A stretch of 63,925 nt of DNA, the filler included, from Trichomonas gallinae (lineage: Eukaryota): the NCBI GenBank assembly GCA_008369845.1. It is 10 parts of 10 records of this genome, joined end to end, with 100 filler letters (N's around TTAATTAATTAA, not from the genome) between each part and the next. Parts side by side here need not be neighbours in the genome. Positions count along the whole stretch, not along the records: positions 1 to 13,002 come from MRSU01000191.1; 9 more parts are not named here. One strand, given 5' to 3'. Within the stretch, counting starts at the first letter, position 1. Every line of letters begins with the position of its first letter. Shown here piece by piece: positions 1-10,985 of this stretch. The position numbers were made by a program, and so were the translations under genes. The notes beneath the pieces were generated by a model. That model was not told the DNA's origin. It searched no databases and saw only the letters and a program-made list of their open reading frames with translations.

Positions 1-1154
1 CCGCTATATGTAGTATTCTTGCTCTTAAACTCTATGAATGCCTTGAGTCTGTCTTGAGATTTAGATTCGCGCTCAAAGTTTAATGTTCCTGAAAGTGTGG
101 CCGAACCTTCAACTTCAACAGTCCAGGCAATTGTTGCTTCACGCTTTGACATCTTGATTTGGCTGTTTGGTGGAGTCTGGAATTGATGTTTAGTCAAAGC
201 GCCGCGATCTGGGAACGGAATCTGTATAGAAACGCTTTTGACTGATGGTATTGCTGTAATTGTTATTGAGAAATTGACTCCATTGTCCAGAGCCGGTGAT
301 GCAGTGTAAGATCCAGTGATTGGTGGTGGATCTTGAGTCTTGTACTGCCACAGGAGAAGCTGTGTGATGCCTGTTGGCGGAGACAAGAGTAATTTTCCGG
401 ATTCTATCGATTTCACTGAATAATGACTTGTCAAATTTTTCAATTTATCGAAATTATTAAGCGCAATCGTAACATCTGGTAGGTAATTTATCGAAGCAAT
501 GCAACGGAGCTCGCCATAAACTCCGTAGTATTGATTATCGCCGTCAATTGAACCAACAATTGTTTCTCTCATCTTAATTTCGAGATGCTGTCTCGGGAAA
601 ACGAGATATGTCTTCCATGAAGGTACTGGAGCTGGTGAAACTGTAGCGTAGCCAGCGTTGAAAAGATGACTATCAGAAGTTATAGGTAGCTGCGAAACAA
701 AGTATGGATCGTGTATGACTGGAGTTCCAAATGGCATAATTAAAGTAATAAGCTGAAGAATTGGAGCCGGGCTTGGATTTGTTGATAAAGACTTCAAAGA
801 AGTCCTTAGAACCGGTTCAAGGAATGAAAGGAAATGAAAACTTGCTGCTATTTCGATGTGTGGCTGATTATTGTCTTCTTCGCTTAATATTAAAGGAATC
901 AGTGTGATAAAATAAGATTTTGTTGGTAAAACAACAATTGAAACTTGCTTGCCAATTATAAACTCGTAGTTAGACTCGTTATTTATAACTGGAATGACTT
1001 TTTCCTGAAATATTTTTGCTAAGTTATCATTTGACGGAATTTGTCCAATTGTTTTTGGCGCGCGCATTTCGACAGTTTTGAATCTTTGAGCAATCACGAT
1101 TTTCCCCGCTGTATCAAAGATAAATAAGCCGCGGAATGCGCAGGAAGTACTCAT
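1..1154 (-). CDS. AP5M1: AP-5 complex mu subunit (MUDENG-like); C-terminus runs off the window start
   Basis: Hand translation from ATG at 1154: MSTSCAFRGLFIFDTAGKIVIAQRFKTVEMRA...LIMPFGTPV...PVPSWKTYLVFPRQHLEIKMRETIVGSID...VYGELRCIASINYLPDVTIAL. This matches the AP5M1-type motifs RFxTVExRA, MPFGTP and PxWK followed by a mu-homology domain. Missing from the ORF track because there is no stop within the window. Confidence 0.75.
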   Translation of the reverse strand, partial: MSTSCAFRGLFIFDTAGKIVIAQRFKTVEMRAPKTIGQIPSNDNLAKIFQEKVIPVINNESNYEFIIGKQVSIVVLPTKSYFITLIPLILSEEDNNQPHIEIAASFHFLSFLEPVLRTSLKSLSTNPSPAPILQLITLIMPFGTPVIHDPYFVSQLPITSDSHLFNAGYATVSPAPVPSWKTYLVFPRQHLEIKMRETIVGSIDGDNQYYGVYGELRCIASINYLPDVTIALNNFDKLKNLTSHYSVKSIESGKLLLSPPTGITQLLLWQYKTQDPPPITGSYTASPALDNGVNFSITITAIPSVKSVSIQIPFPDRGALTKHQFQTPPNSQIKMSKREATIAWTVEVEGSATLSGTLNFERESKSQDRLKAFIEFKSKNTTYS

Positions 1155-1926
1155 AAAAATTATTTTTTTCGGGCGGTTGAAGTTAAAATGGTTTCCTTTC
1201 GTTTTAGGACTATTTAACATATTGCAAATCATTTTTCCTTGTTTCCTGCGCTTCATAAATATCTGACATGTAAAATATTCAAAATTCCAATCCGTCATGT
1301 AAAACTAGTTTCATCACGTCTTGTCATTATCTATATATATAATATAATGAATACTTTTCGACATGTTATATTAGTTTCACTTAATGTTGGGGGCAAAAAT
1401 GTTTAGAAAATGCAATTTTTGTGAAATCGAGATTCATAAAACTTTGACAATAAATGACATTATTTGATATGTAAATATTTCAAATTTCTACTAAATATGA
1501 CAATCCGTCATGTAAAACTAATTTTTATTTCGATAAAATGGAAAAGGTATTCACAATGGAATCATTCCAAATTAAGATCATAGATACAGTAAGGCCATAA
1601 GAGTCATATATTACAAAATCGCAAAATGTTATAAGAGATTCGTTGAGTTTTACGACATCATTTTCATAAGTATTCTCATTAAAAAAAAGGAAAATAAGAC
1701 TTAATTTCCCTCATACTATTAGAGGGTATAGTATACCATCATGTTTACCTATTAGGCTAGTTCAGTTCTAATAACCTACGCTAAAAGAAGCCGAACATTA
1801 ACTTGTCAGATTTTGGGTCTCCACACATTCGAATAAAATATCTGAAAATCAATAATAAATATGAGTTTTCTATGGATTAACATACAAAACATGTTTTATT
1901 ATTCAATAAAAACAAACTAACAAAAT

Positions 1927-3342
1927 TTATTTATATTCAGCTAATATCTTATCAATTTTGTGCTGTATATCGCTCGGATGCTCTTGATTCCTGAACTCTT
2001 TAACATATTTAATAGCTGCAGCAAGGGAAGTCATAGAATGAGACATTAATTGACCGACTTCCAGCGGTCTATACATTTCGCAATAGTATCGAATTCCTTC
2101 AGGGTTGATGATAGTAACTGAACAAATGCATACAACTAAAATAATAAAGAAATCGTCGAAAGCCAGCTTAATTACTTCTTTTGTAGGAGATCTATCTGAA
2201 GCGAACTCATCAATCAGTAAAGAAATCGAGCAAATATCAAAAGCAATATCTAACGGATTTGTATAAAATTGAATGAAAGAAAGTTTTTCCGAAATTAACT
2301 GTAACTTTGGGATAGAATTAAAAAGATCCAAAAATGGCATCGTTTTCTCTTCAAGAGTGAAGATATTCGGCATATTCATATCAGTTGGTGTTAATCTCAT
2401 GATAATGAAGGCTGAGAGCTGAAATTCAGATTCTGGCGTTATAAGACCATTTGTTTCGATATATAAACTATTAAAAACTATTCGTAATAAAGATGCACGA
2501 AATGATGATTTCTGTTTATCATCGAATGTGTTATTTTTGGCCGTCTGCTTCTCAAAAAACTGATTAATATACAAATTAAGACTGTTTGGATTCGTTCTTG
2601 GCTGATTCCATTTTGTTCGCTTCAAAAAACTCGATTTTTGTGGTAATTTTTCGCCTCTTCCCGATATATCTAATATGATTTGGTTAAAATCCGACAATTT
2701 TCCTTCCGAAACATAATAATTTTCAATTTTCGAATCATAAGGATTAGGAGGACAGTATGAATACATATGCGAATAATATTTTGACTGTTCTACTATATCG
2801 TTACACAGCACTTGTACAGGGTTTTCTGGTGGTGTTTCTAATTCTTTTTGATGAATGTTACAAAAATTTTGTAACAGCTTAATTCTACGATATAATTTCT
2901 GGTATTTTTCGTTCTTTTTGAAGATTGCTCGAATGTATTCCTGAAATCCATTAAAATCAAATGCTCCAGGAACATTTTGATTCACAAGCACTTCGAAAAA
3001 TAGAATGCAAACTGATATTACAGTGCATACATTCGCACGAAGTCGGCGATCTTCTATACGATGATTATGAATCATTTTAATTAGTTTTGTAAAAGCAAAT
3101 TTCAAGTAGGGCGGAGCGTTTTTAGGAGGACCTTTGGAAAAATGCTCCGTTCCACCTAGAGAAATCTCTGTACGTTTCTTTTCTGCGTTAAATCGCTCTT
3201 GTAATTTCGTATAAATTTCAATCGTTTTGTTCATCTTGATGTTGTAGTCCGGAACATCAATAGGATATATAGTTATAAGTTTAGCGACTTCTTGTGGCAG
3301 TGGAGGAAGCGGCAGTTGTGCCGTTTCATTGCTTCCGTCCAT
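1927..3342 (-). CDS. Hypothetical protein, possible degenerate C-terminal VPS9-like domain
   Basis: 471-aa ORF. The C-terminal segment NPLDIAF...LAFDDFFIILVVCI...MTSLAAAIKYV loosely resembles the VPS9 ADD helix and terminal helix. Confidence 0.7.
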   Translation of the reverse strand: MDGSNETAQLPLPPLPQEVAKLITIYPIDVPDYNIKMNKTIEIYTKLQERFNAEKKRTEISLGGTEHFSKGPPKNAPPYLKFAFTKLIKMIHNHRIEDRRLRANVCTVISVCILFFEVLVNQNVPGAFDFNGFQEYIRAIFKKNEKYQKLYRRIKLLQNFCNIHQKELETPPENPVQVLCNDIVEQSKYYSHMYSYCPPNPYDSKIENYYVSEGKLSDFNQIILDISGRGEKLPQKSSFLKRTKWNQPRTNPNSLNLYINQFFEKQTAKNNTFDDKQKSSFRASLLRIVFNSLYIETNGLITPESEFQLSAFIIMRLTPTDMNMPNIFTLEEKTMPFLDLFNSIPKLQLISEKLSFIQFYTNPLDIAFDICSISLLIDEFASDRSPTKEVIKLAFDDFFIILVVCICSVTIINPEGIRYYCEMYRPLEVGQLMSHSMTSLAAAIKYVKEFRNQEHPSDIQHKIDKILAEYK

Positions 3343-4059
3343 TCACAGAAAATATATCAATTTCGCAACTTTCTTTTTGGAAAAAAACAACAAAAAACTA
3401 TAAACAATACACATTTAATTTGATCAAATAAAATCGAATCATTCAAAATGTCTTATTTTTGTATTATTTATGATTCTTAGGCTATAATATGACTATTAAA
3501 AAACATTCCGATTTTTTTGCAAATTTGACAATAAATGACAAATTTTTGACAACGTATTTTCAGGAAAACATAATATTATTCATATGATTTGTTTAGACTT
3601 TACATAGTATCTACCTTAGATTTTTTGTTGAAATATATGTATTTTTAAAATAATGGATTTTTATATGATCAAAAAGTGAAGCATAAGTTAATGGAGTTTT
3701 GTCATGCATGCTACCTCGATTTGTGGAAACATACAGTTTATCTTTAAGCTCAATATATAATCTATAATGACATTGTTCATTCGATATTATGATATTATAA
3801 ATTCATTAATTACGATCATTCAATATTGAATTTTTTTCTCATAAAAGGAGCTTATTTAGAACAATAATACTCCATTGAGTTTGGGCAACCAGTTTATAGA
3901 TTCAAATTAAAATATGTGAATGAATCAAAAAAGTGATGTTGAAATCATATCCACTGATTAATTTTGTCAGCCCCTATAAATTTTTACCTGTGATAAATTA
4001 AATTGGTTATCAGAAGAGGTGTGTAGTACTGCACATTATCTTAATTTTAAATTTTGGTG

Positions 4060-4064
4060 TCATT
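4060..4064 (+). promoter_or_regulatory. Initiator (Inr, TCAY(T/A)) element, representative instance
   Basis: The same element lies 2-20 nt before several ATGs: 7198, 16657, 18809, 37123 and 48207 on +, and upstream of 14929, 34799 and 61643 on -. Confidence 0.7.
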
Positions 4065-4067
4065 TTG

Positions 4068-4652
4068 ATGGATTTCAAGTTCAAAGTTGTTGTTGTTGGC
4101 GCGTCTGGCGTTGGAAAAACTTCTATTGTCGATCGTTTGATTAGTGGACAATTTAATGAAACTTTAGAGTCAACAGTTGGCGCTCAATACAGTACATATT
4201 CAACAACAGTAAATCAAAAATCAATTAAATTGCAAATATGGGATACTGCTGGCCAGGAAAGGTATAGATCAATCTCAAAATCATATTTCAGAAATGCAGT
4301 TGGTGTTCTTCTTGTTTATGATATTACAAGTGTGGATTCTTTCAACGATTTGCTTCGTTGGCTCAATGATATACAATCTTTGTGCACTCCCAATGCTTAC
4401 GTACTTCTTGTTGGAAATAAATCAGATCTTGAAGAATCAAGAAGAGTCAGCATCAATCAAGTAGATCAGTTCTCAAGCAGCAATCACTTAGAGGCAATCC
4501 TTACTTCAGCGCAATCTGGAGATAATGTTAAAAACGCGTTCGAAAAACTTGCATCAGAATTATATAATCGCTCAATAAGCGGACAGTTTTCTCTGCCTGA
4601 TGATAAGCCTCCAGAACTGGTTACCAACAATGATTCTAGTTATTGCTGTTAA
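4068..4652 (+). CDS. Rab family small GTPase
   Basis: GASGVGKT (G1), WDTAGQE (G3), NKSD (G4), TSA (G5), YFRNA RabF motif and C-terminal CC prenylation signal. Inr TCATT at 4060-4064 lies just before ATG 4068. Confidence 0.95.
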   Translation: MDFKFKVVVVGASGVGKTSIVDRLISGQFNETLESTVGAQYSTYSTTVNQKSIKLQIWDTAGQERYRSISKSYFRNAVGVLLVYDITSVDSFNDLLRWLNDIQSLCTPNAYVLLVGNKSDLEESRRVSINQVDQFSSSNHLEAILTSAQSGDNVKNAFEKLASELYNRSISGQFSLPDDKPPELVTNNDSSYCC

Positions 4653-4987
4653 TATCTATTTTTTATTTGTTATAATGAACTTATATACATATAATTGCTT
4701 CGCCTGTACAATAAATTTTCTATCCCTTTAATATTTATTGTATTATATATGGATTACAAAATTTGAATTAATTTTCCCTAATATACAATCTTTTGGATTA
4801 TGTAACAGATAGTTTAGGACATTAATAGTAGTAATCCACATAAAAGGCCAGAATAATTTAACTAATTCTAATTATATTTTGATTTTTATGTTTAATCATT
4901 CTCTTAAGTAAAATAATTCTATTTATACATAAATCAAATAAATCTTTAATGATAATCAAATTGAACAATATCAAATATTAAATTTTT

Positions 4988-5812
4988 CTAGGATTGCAAA
5001 ACACTCTCATCAAGTGTTATAGAGCAAATATACTTTCCACCAGATGGATATTTCTCTGATGAGTCTTGGACATCAATTTTATAATGACCTTGTGAATAAA
5101 AATGTATTCCGCCAATCATGATTCCGATATCAAATGGAGAGTATCCGTTGTTAAGGTTATAGTAATCAAATATTTTGAATTTCCGTTCTTCTGTATTAAA
5201 AGAAATACGCCATGATTGTTTGTTGATTCCTGAAGGAAGCCAGCGAATGCACTCTAGCATCTCACCGAGTTTACCCTCTGGTTGTTTCTTCAATGTAGTA
5301 TGGGCAAGTTCATCATAGAATATATACGTATAGTCAAATCTTGATCTAGATTTGGCAACTTTAAAGGAGTTATCAACTATACGTACTTTGTTGTATTCGA
5401 TACCAAATGCAATAACGCATGGGATGCGAAATCCAGGATATCTTGATTCAACTTTTTCTGTGTTAAAAGATCCACCCACCCAAACAGTTCCAACACCAAT
5501 CTGTGTTAGTTTCATAACAGCAACGGAACCTTTAAAGGCGGAATCAATTAAATAATGACTAAAATCATCTTCTTTTTCAGCGAACTCAGGGATCTTGAGG
5601 ACTATCCATCCTGCTTCATTAGAGATAGCTCCATATCGACCAATTCCTGGCCCAGTAGTGCAAATTTCAATATTTTTCCCGAAAGGAGAATCGATGGCAT
5701 TGCATGCTTTGACGATCTCCTCTATCTCCGCCATCTTTTCTTGCGATATCTGACCCGTGAAATTGCGTATGGATTTCCTAATCTGGAATGTTTCAACAAT
5801 ACCAAGGGGCAT
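4988..5812 (-). CDS. Nitroreductase family protein (two-domain, TM1586-like)
   Basis: N-terminal RKSIRNF FMN-binding motif, GVGTVWVGG, PSGINKQSWR (APSxxNxQPW-like) and DIGI motif. Confidence 0.85.
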   Translation of the reverse strand: MPLGIVETFQIRKSIRNFTGQISQEKMAEIEEIVKACNAIDSPFGKNIEICTTGPGIGRYGAISNEAGWIVLKIPEFAEKEDDFSHYLIDSAFKGSVAVMKLTQIGVGTVWVGGSFNTEKVESRYPGFRIPCVIAFGIEYNKVRIVDNSFKVAKSRSRFDYTYIFYDELAHTTLKKQPEGKLGEMLECIRWLPSGINKQSWRISFNTEERKFKIFDYYNLNNGYSPFDIGIMIGGIHFYSQGHYKIDVQDSSEKYPSGGKYICSITLDESVLQS

Positions 5813-7213
5813 TGATTGAAAACTAAAAAAAGTGAAAAATTTGCTAATTTCATTCCAAAATGCATTTATAAAGCATTGTTTTTCAAAAACAACCGCTTAA
5901 ATTTGAAAACAATGTGGCATTCAAAAAATAATTAATTGTGAAGCAAAAAGTTAATATTATTTGTAAATATTATTTATGCATAATTTTATAAAAATATTTT
6001 TCAGAGCTCATATAATTTTGTAATATTCCTATGCTCCTTGATGTATTTAGCAATGATATTCGATCATTTTTCTTATTGAAATATTTGAATTATTTCGAAG
6101 ATTTAATTTAAAATATGCACATATTAAGTGGAATAGAAATAGCAAATATTTTCAATGGAAAAATGGCGTTTTTTGTTAGAGTTTCTTTCGCATAATGTAT
6201 TATTTTTTACTGGTTATTAACAGCGTGTATCAAATGACTCTTTATTTTTTATTCGATCATACGATGAGAAAATCCTTTCACTAAAAATAAGTTGACTGTA
6301 AGAGATAATGAGTTGTTCTCACGATTGGATCTGTTGTAAAAACCGATGGGCAACATGAAAATATATGTCATGGTTTGATTTGTTCAGAAAATTTTGATCT
6401 TCAAAATTATTAAAATCATTTGAAATGACCCATTGGTGAACATATTCAGGAGTGACACTGCCATTTATATGTTTCACCGCTATACTTTTTTCGAATTATG
6501 ATATTTCGAAGTCGAATTTGCAATGATATTACTTAACAAGTTTTAAATGCTATACGTATATATGATCTCAAAGTATGGCAATGTGTAAAGTCTATATATC
6601 TTGATGGCAAGAAATATATAATTCAATATTTATGAACAGACTATACATGTCAAACAAGTACAAAATTGAATACTTTGCGCATTGCGCAATTGAATGGATT
6701 GGGCAATACGTTTTCTTTCTAGATTTGATATTCAATTGACCGATGTGCTTAGAGTATGGGAAAATTCCCAAACAATTTGTATAATTGTATGATACAAGCT
6801 CATACCATAACTAATTCAAAACTAGATGCGATATAAATATGAAAAATTATTACTAATCGATAACAGCTTTTCAACAAACTAATACAATTAATACGCATGG
6901 TTATTTGCAATATGATTCTCTTTAACAATACATAATGTTTCAAAATTCATATAACTATTAGCATCAACGCATCACTAACCGTAGATAATCATATATTCGT
7001 ATAAAAATTATATTTTATTCATTAAATACGGATTCTGATAATAAGATTATAATAATTATCTCCAAAACAAAAGTATGAAGTCACTCTGAGAGACCGTGCT
7101 CTTCTATATCATATGTTTCCAATGGGCATTGTTTCAAGTCAGTCTGATTTTATCTTGCAGTGCAGCAATTATAAAAAAAATATTTCGTGTTATTATGTCA
7201 CTTTTTATCATAT

Positions 7214-7576
7214 ATGCAGACAGAAATTGCTGTTCAACTACCGACAATCATACTGTCAGTTGTTGAAAATATGAACAGTGCTGATACTGAGGAGAACTTT
7301 CCTGAACTATTCACCGATGACTGCAAACTTTCATACGAGACAATTAAAAAAGAATCAAGAAAAGATGTTGCACAATTACTACAGTCTAAGATGAAGATTA
7401 ATAATATTAAAGGAAAGTTCGAATTAGTTAAATATTCATGGGTTGCTATTTCAGATGAAGATTTCGTTATTTCTGGCCTCGCTAAATGGGCTAATAAGTC
7501 ATATTTAGCCACGATTTGTTTCCAAGTTAAAGATCAAAAGTTACAAATATCAAATCTGATGTTAGGACGAATTTAA
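7214..7576 (+). CDS. NTF2-like fold small protein
   Basis: About 120 aa with LFTDDCKLSYE, VISG and FQVKDQKLQISNLML, resembling NTF2/NXT/SnoaL folds. Inr GTCACTTTT at 7197-7205 precedes ATG 7214. Confidence 0.6.
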   Translation: MQTEIAVQLPTIILSVVENMNSADTEENFPELFTDDCKLSYETIKKESRKDVAQLLQSKMKINNIKGKFELVKYSWVAISDEDFVISGLAKWANKSYLATICFQVKDQKLQISNLMLGRI

Positions 7577-7990
7577 TTATCAGTAATTTTTATTTACAAG
7601 CTAGAGTCCAAATACTCAAGCTTTTACATCAATACTGCTGAATAATTTTATTATTATAATTTTATTCGGCTCAGTTTTCTGCTATACATTGTCCAAACAA
7701 TCAATCGAAGCATTTCTATGATATTTTCATGCATCATTATAGTATTTGTTAAATAATTATTTATTTGTATTTTATTTACTATTTTCAGCTAAATTTGTGT
7801 TTCTTTTAGAAGATATCCTATGAAATAACCTATTTGTCCAATAATTTTCATGATAACCCTCCATTATGAAAATTTAAAAATATCGATATTAAATATACAT
7901 AATTGATAAAATATAGGAAATAGATTCAAATCGCTAAGATCTAAACAATATATTTATATACACAAGTTAACAAAACAGTAATAGTATAAA

Positions 7991-8848
7991 TTAAAAATCG
8001 AAATCAGACCAATCAGTTTCTTCATCTTCGCAATCTGTAGCATAAGATAATGTACTAAGAGTAACTATAGTCTTCCTTCTTCGACCAGCCCGCTTAGTAT
8101 CGCTATCTTGACGAGAAATATGCCTTGTACGTTTTTTCCTCGAAGTCAGATTCCAGTTTGCAGGATCCATTGAAAGTATAGAATTTTCAAGTATTTTCTG
8201 CTCCAAATCACGCGTTTCGAAGTCGTTCATTATCATTTCGGGTTTATCCCATGGTCTTTGTGGCCATGTATTTGGAATTTTCTTAGGTATTTCAACTACG
8301 CTGTATCTTTCGGCTTTCTTTCGCTCGATATCGTTCATCGGCTTTGGAGGATTATATTCTGCGATATCTAAAAGCTGGCCAGAGTGATAATACTTAGTAT
8401 TTTGATCAAGAAACATGCGACTCTCAAGCATCTCCATGCTCTGGTGCATTGTGATGAATTCTGATGTAGGTGTTTTGATATATTCAGAAGGTAAATGGGA
8501 AGAGAAGTCGTTTTCTGCAGAGTCCCATGTAGGCGTTAGAATTCTTTTGATGTTTTGCTCGACATAGCTTGGGATTGAGACCCTCTCAACGATAGGTGGT
8601 GAAAGATCAGAGGTAGAACGGTTATTTCTTGATGTTTTATTAATTTTTTTGATAGGAGGAGGCGGGGCAGTTGTTTTGGAAGGCAAAATTGGCCTCTTGT
8701 TAAAAATTTTTAAGAAATTTTGGAAGATCTGAGGATTTTCCAGCATTTTTATTATAGCACTATCAAGCACTGGTGAGGGTTTGAATACACTGATATTGGT
8801 TTCTTTCTCCGGCTCTTCTATGTTTATTTTTTCCATTACCAGTGCCAT
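7991..8848 (-). CDS. PEHE-domain protein (KANSL1/MSL1-like)
   Basis: VEQNIKRILTPTW...SEFITMHQSMEMLE resembles the KANSL1 KEILTPSW...H...E pattern. Basic NLS-like stretches RKKRTR and GRRRK are present. Confidence 0.6.
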   Translation of the reverse strand: MALVMEKINIEEPEKETNISVFKPSPVLDSAIIKMLENPQIFQNFLKIFNKRPILPSKTTAPPPPIKKINKTSRNNRSTSDLSPPIVERVSIPSYVEQNIKRILTPTWDSAENDFSSHLPSEYIKTPTSEFITMHQSMEMLESRMFLDQNTKYYHSGQLLDIAEYNPPKPMNDIERKKAERYSVVEIPKKIPNTWPQRPWDKPEMIMNDFETRDLEQKILENSILSMDPANWNLTSRKKRTRHISRQDSDTKRAGRRRKTIVTLSTLSYATDCEDEETDWSDFDF

Positions 8849-9590
8849 TCCGAAATTTTTTTTTGCTAAATCGATGAAGTCAAATCTAATATAGTAATCA
8901 CTGCTCCTCTATATGCAAGGAATCCGAATTTTGCGGAATTTTTGCATTTTATTGATTATATTGCAGAAAATTTTTTCCAATTTTGACTTGTTTTTTTTCA
9001 AGTGAGAAACATCATTAGACAAACTTCTTCCATAGTAGCCAGGTGAAGAAGTGTTTATTATACTATTATCATTCACTACACAAACTAATAGAATCATATA
9101 GAATCATCAAATAATGATAATAAATTCTCAGATTTAATTTGTGATTAAAAATCATAATTGCTAAATTCATGCAATATTACTGGTTTTATATTTTGATTCA
9201 TGATTGCAATATAATTTCAACGAATTATATACGAAACATTAATCAAATCTCGTTTTATTATCATATTCTTATTTAATAAATCTCGTTTTTTCAAAAAAAG
9301 GACAGAAAGAATGATTTTCAGAACATATCTACATGTTCTGAATGACTACACAATGCAATTCCCTAATAATATAAATTTCATATTTTTTCATTTACAAATT
9401 CATTAATAACAATCCTGTGGTTATGCAATGTGGCATGGTGTAAGATTGTTGGCGTAATATTTCAATTTAGATTATTTAAAAACTGTTTGGGCTTAAAAGC
9501 GTGATCATTTAAGAATTTAATATAACTTGTATGTTTAGATATGCATAAATTTGTAATAAGGAGCGCTAATAATGACTTTCAAATATATTT

Positions 9591-9962
9591 TTAATGACGA
9601 TTTGAATTTTCAGCTTGGATTTTATATCTTTCAACCCATTCTGGAAGTGGTCTTCCAACAGATTCTAAATGCTGAACTATAGCATCTGTAACTTCTCCGA
9701 GGTTATCAATGCAATAAATACCAGGTGCATTCTTGTTATACTTAAGCCAAGATGAGCACCATGACTTTTGTGGCTGGAATAAGGCTAAAATTCCATTGAA
9801 GGAGTTAGAAATCCAAGAATCGATAGCGGATGCATCACTCCAGCCGCAGTTTGGGCATTTCTTGTCCTTTTTCCATGTATCTCTATCCTGGATGAGTCCA
9901 CAACCGATGCAGGCGGCCATTGTCCTCACTTTCTTTGGAAGGGGTAAAGCATCTTCACTCAT
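9591..9962 (-). CDS. SPT4: Transcription elongation factor Spt4
   Basis: ACIGCGLIQ...CPNC zinc finger, then SNSFNGILALFQPQKSWCSSW and PGIYCI, all characteristic of Spt4. Confidence 0.92.
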   Translation of the reverse strand: MSEDALPLPKKVRTMAACIGCGLIQDRDTWKKDKKCPNCGWSDASAIDSWISNSFNGILALFQPQKSWCSSWLKYNKNAPGIYCIDNLGEVTDAIVQHLESVGRPLPEWVERYKIQAENSNRH

Positions 9963-10985
9963 TTTTTGGACCCTGTCACTTTTTAGAAGTATCTCTTTTT
10001 TTTATATCTTGGGTAGTTTTCTTTTTAATCATAAATATATCTTAATTCTCCAGTTTTGGTATTTATTCTATTATTAATGTAGGAACGTATTATATTAATT
10101 TAATGATTTTTATCAAAGTTGTAGCATAACAACTGGAAATCTACCAAATCATAAATAAGGTTAAATCTAAATCTTTGACGGAAAGTGACACTACCTGACA
10201 TGTAAATCATACAAATATTCCCTAAATATGACAATCCGTTATTTAAAAATATTTGCATAACTTCTGGTTTTAGTTTCGATCAAATTATAACATTATGCAA
10301 AGGGTATATATACAGTACATGATATGCAGTATCGTGTAAACTAGTTTAGTATCATCAATATATCCAATTTCGAAAATATAAAATTTCGAATAGGATCTAT
10401 AATATGAAACAAAAGCATATGCCCGCCATTCTTATTAGTGTACTTCTATTAAATAAGTGTGATTTTATTATTATAATGATCTTCGATAGGAATTTGAACT
10501 ATTTTTTGTAAATTGACAAATTCCTCTATCAATTTTTTGACACTTTACAATAATCGTCGCGAATTTTCTAAATCTCATATTTTTGTAGGCTCATTATGAA
10601 CACCCCATTTTTCACAATTTTAAGTTCCACAAAACTATATTTATTGAGAAAAATATAAATTTTTAAAATGATCAAATTGAATCCTAAAATTGATATGGTA
10701 TAATACGAACATTATTAGGATGCTATATCACTAAAAATTTTGGTTATAAAAATAAGAGCGCATTTTTATTGTTTGTTGGAAATTACTATTAATATCGGAT
10801 CATGATATCCAAAAATAATTTTTTGATAAGAGGCATCAGACCAAACCGCGAAAAGCCCACAAAATTGAAATTTCGAAAATATTTATCATTATTGCTTATA
10901 AAAATTAATTCCAAATTACCAAAATTGTTTTTGAATAGTTTACTATTTTTGAATGGATGGAGGTTATTTACGATTATCAAAATAC

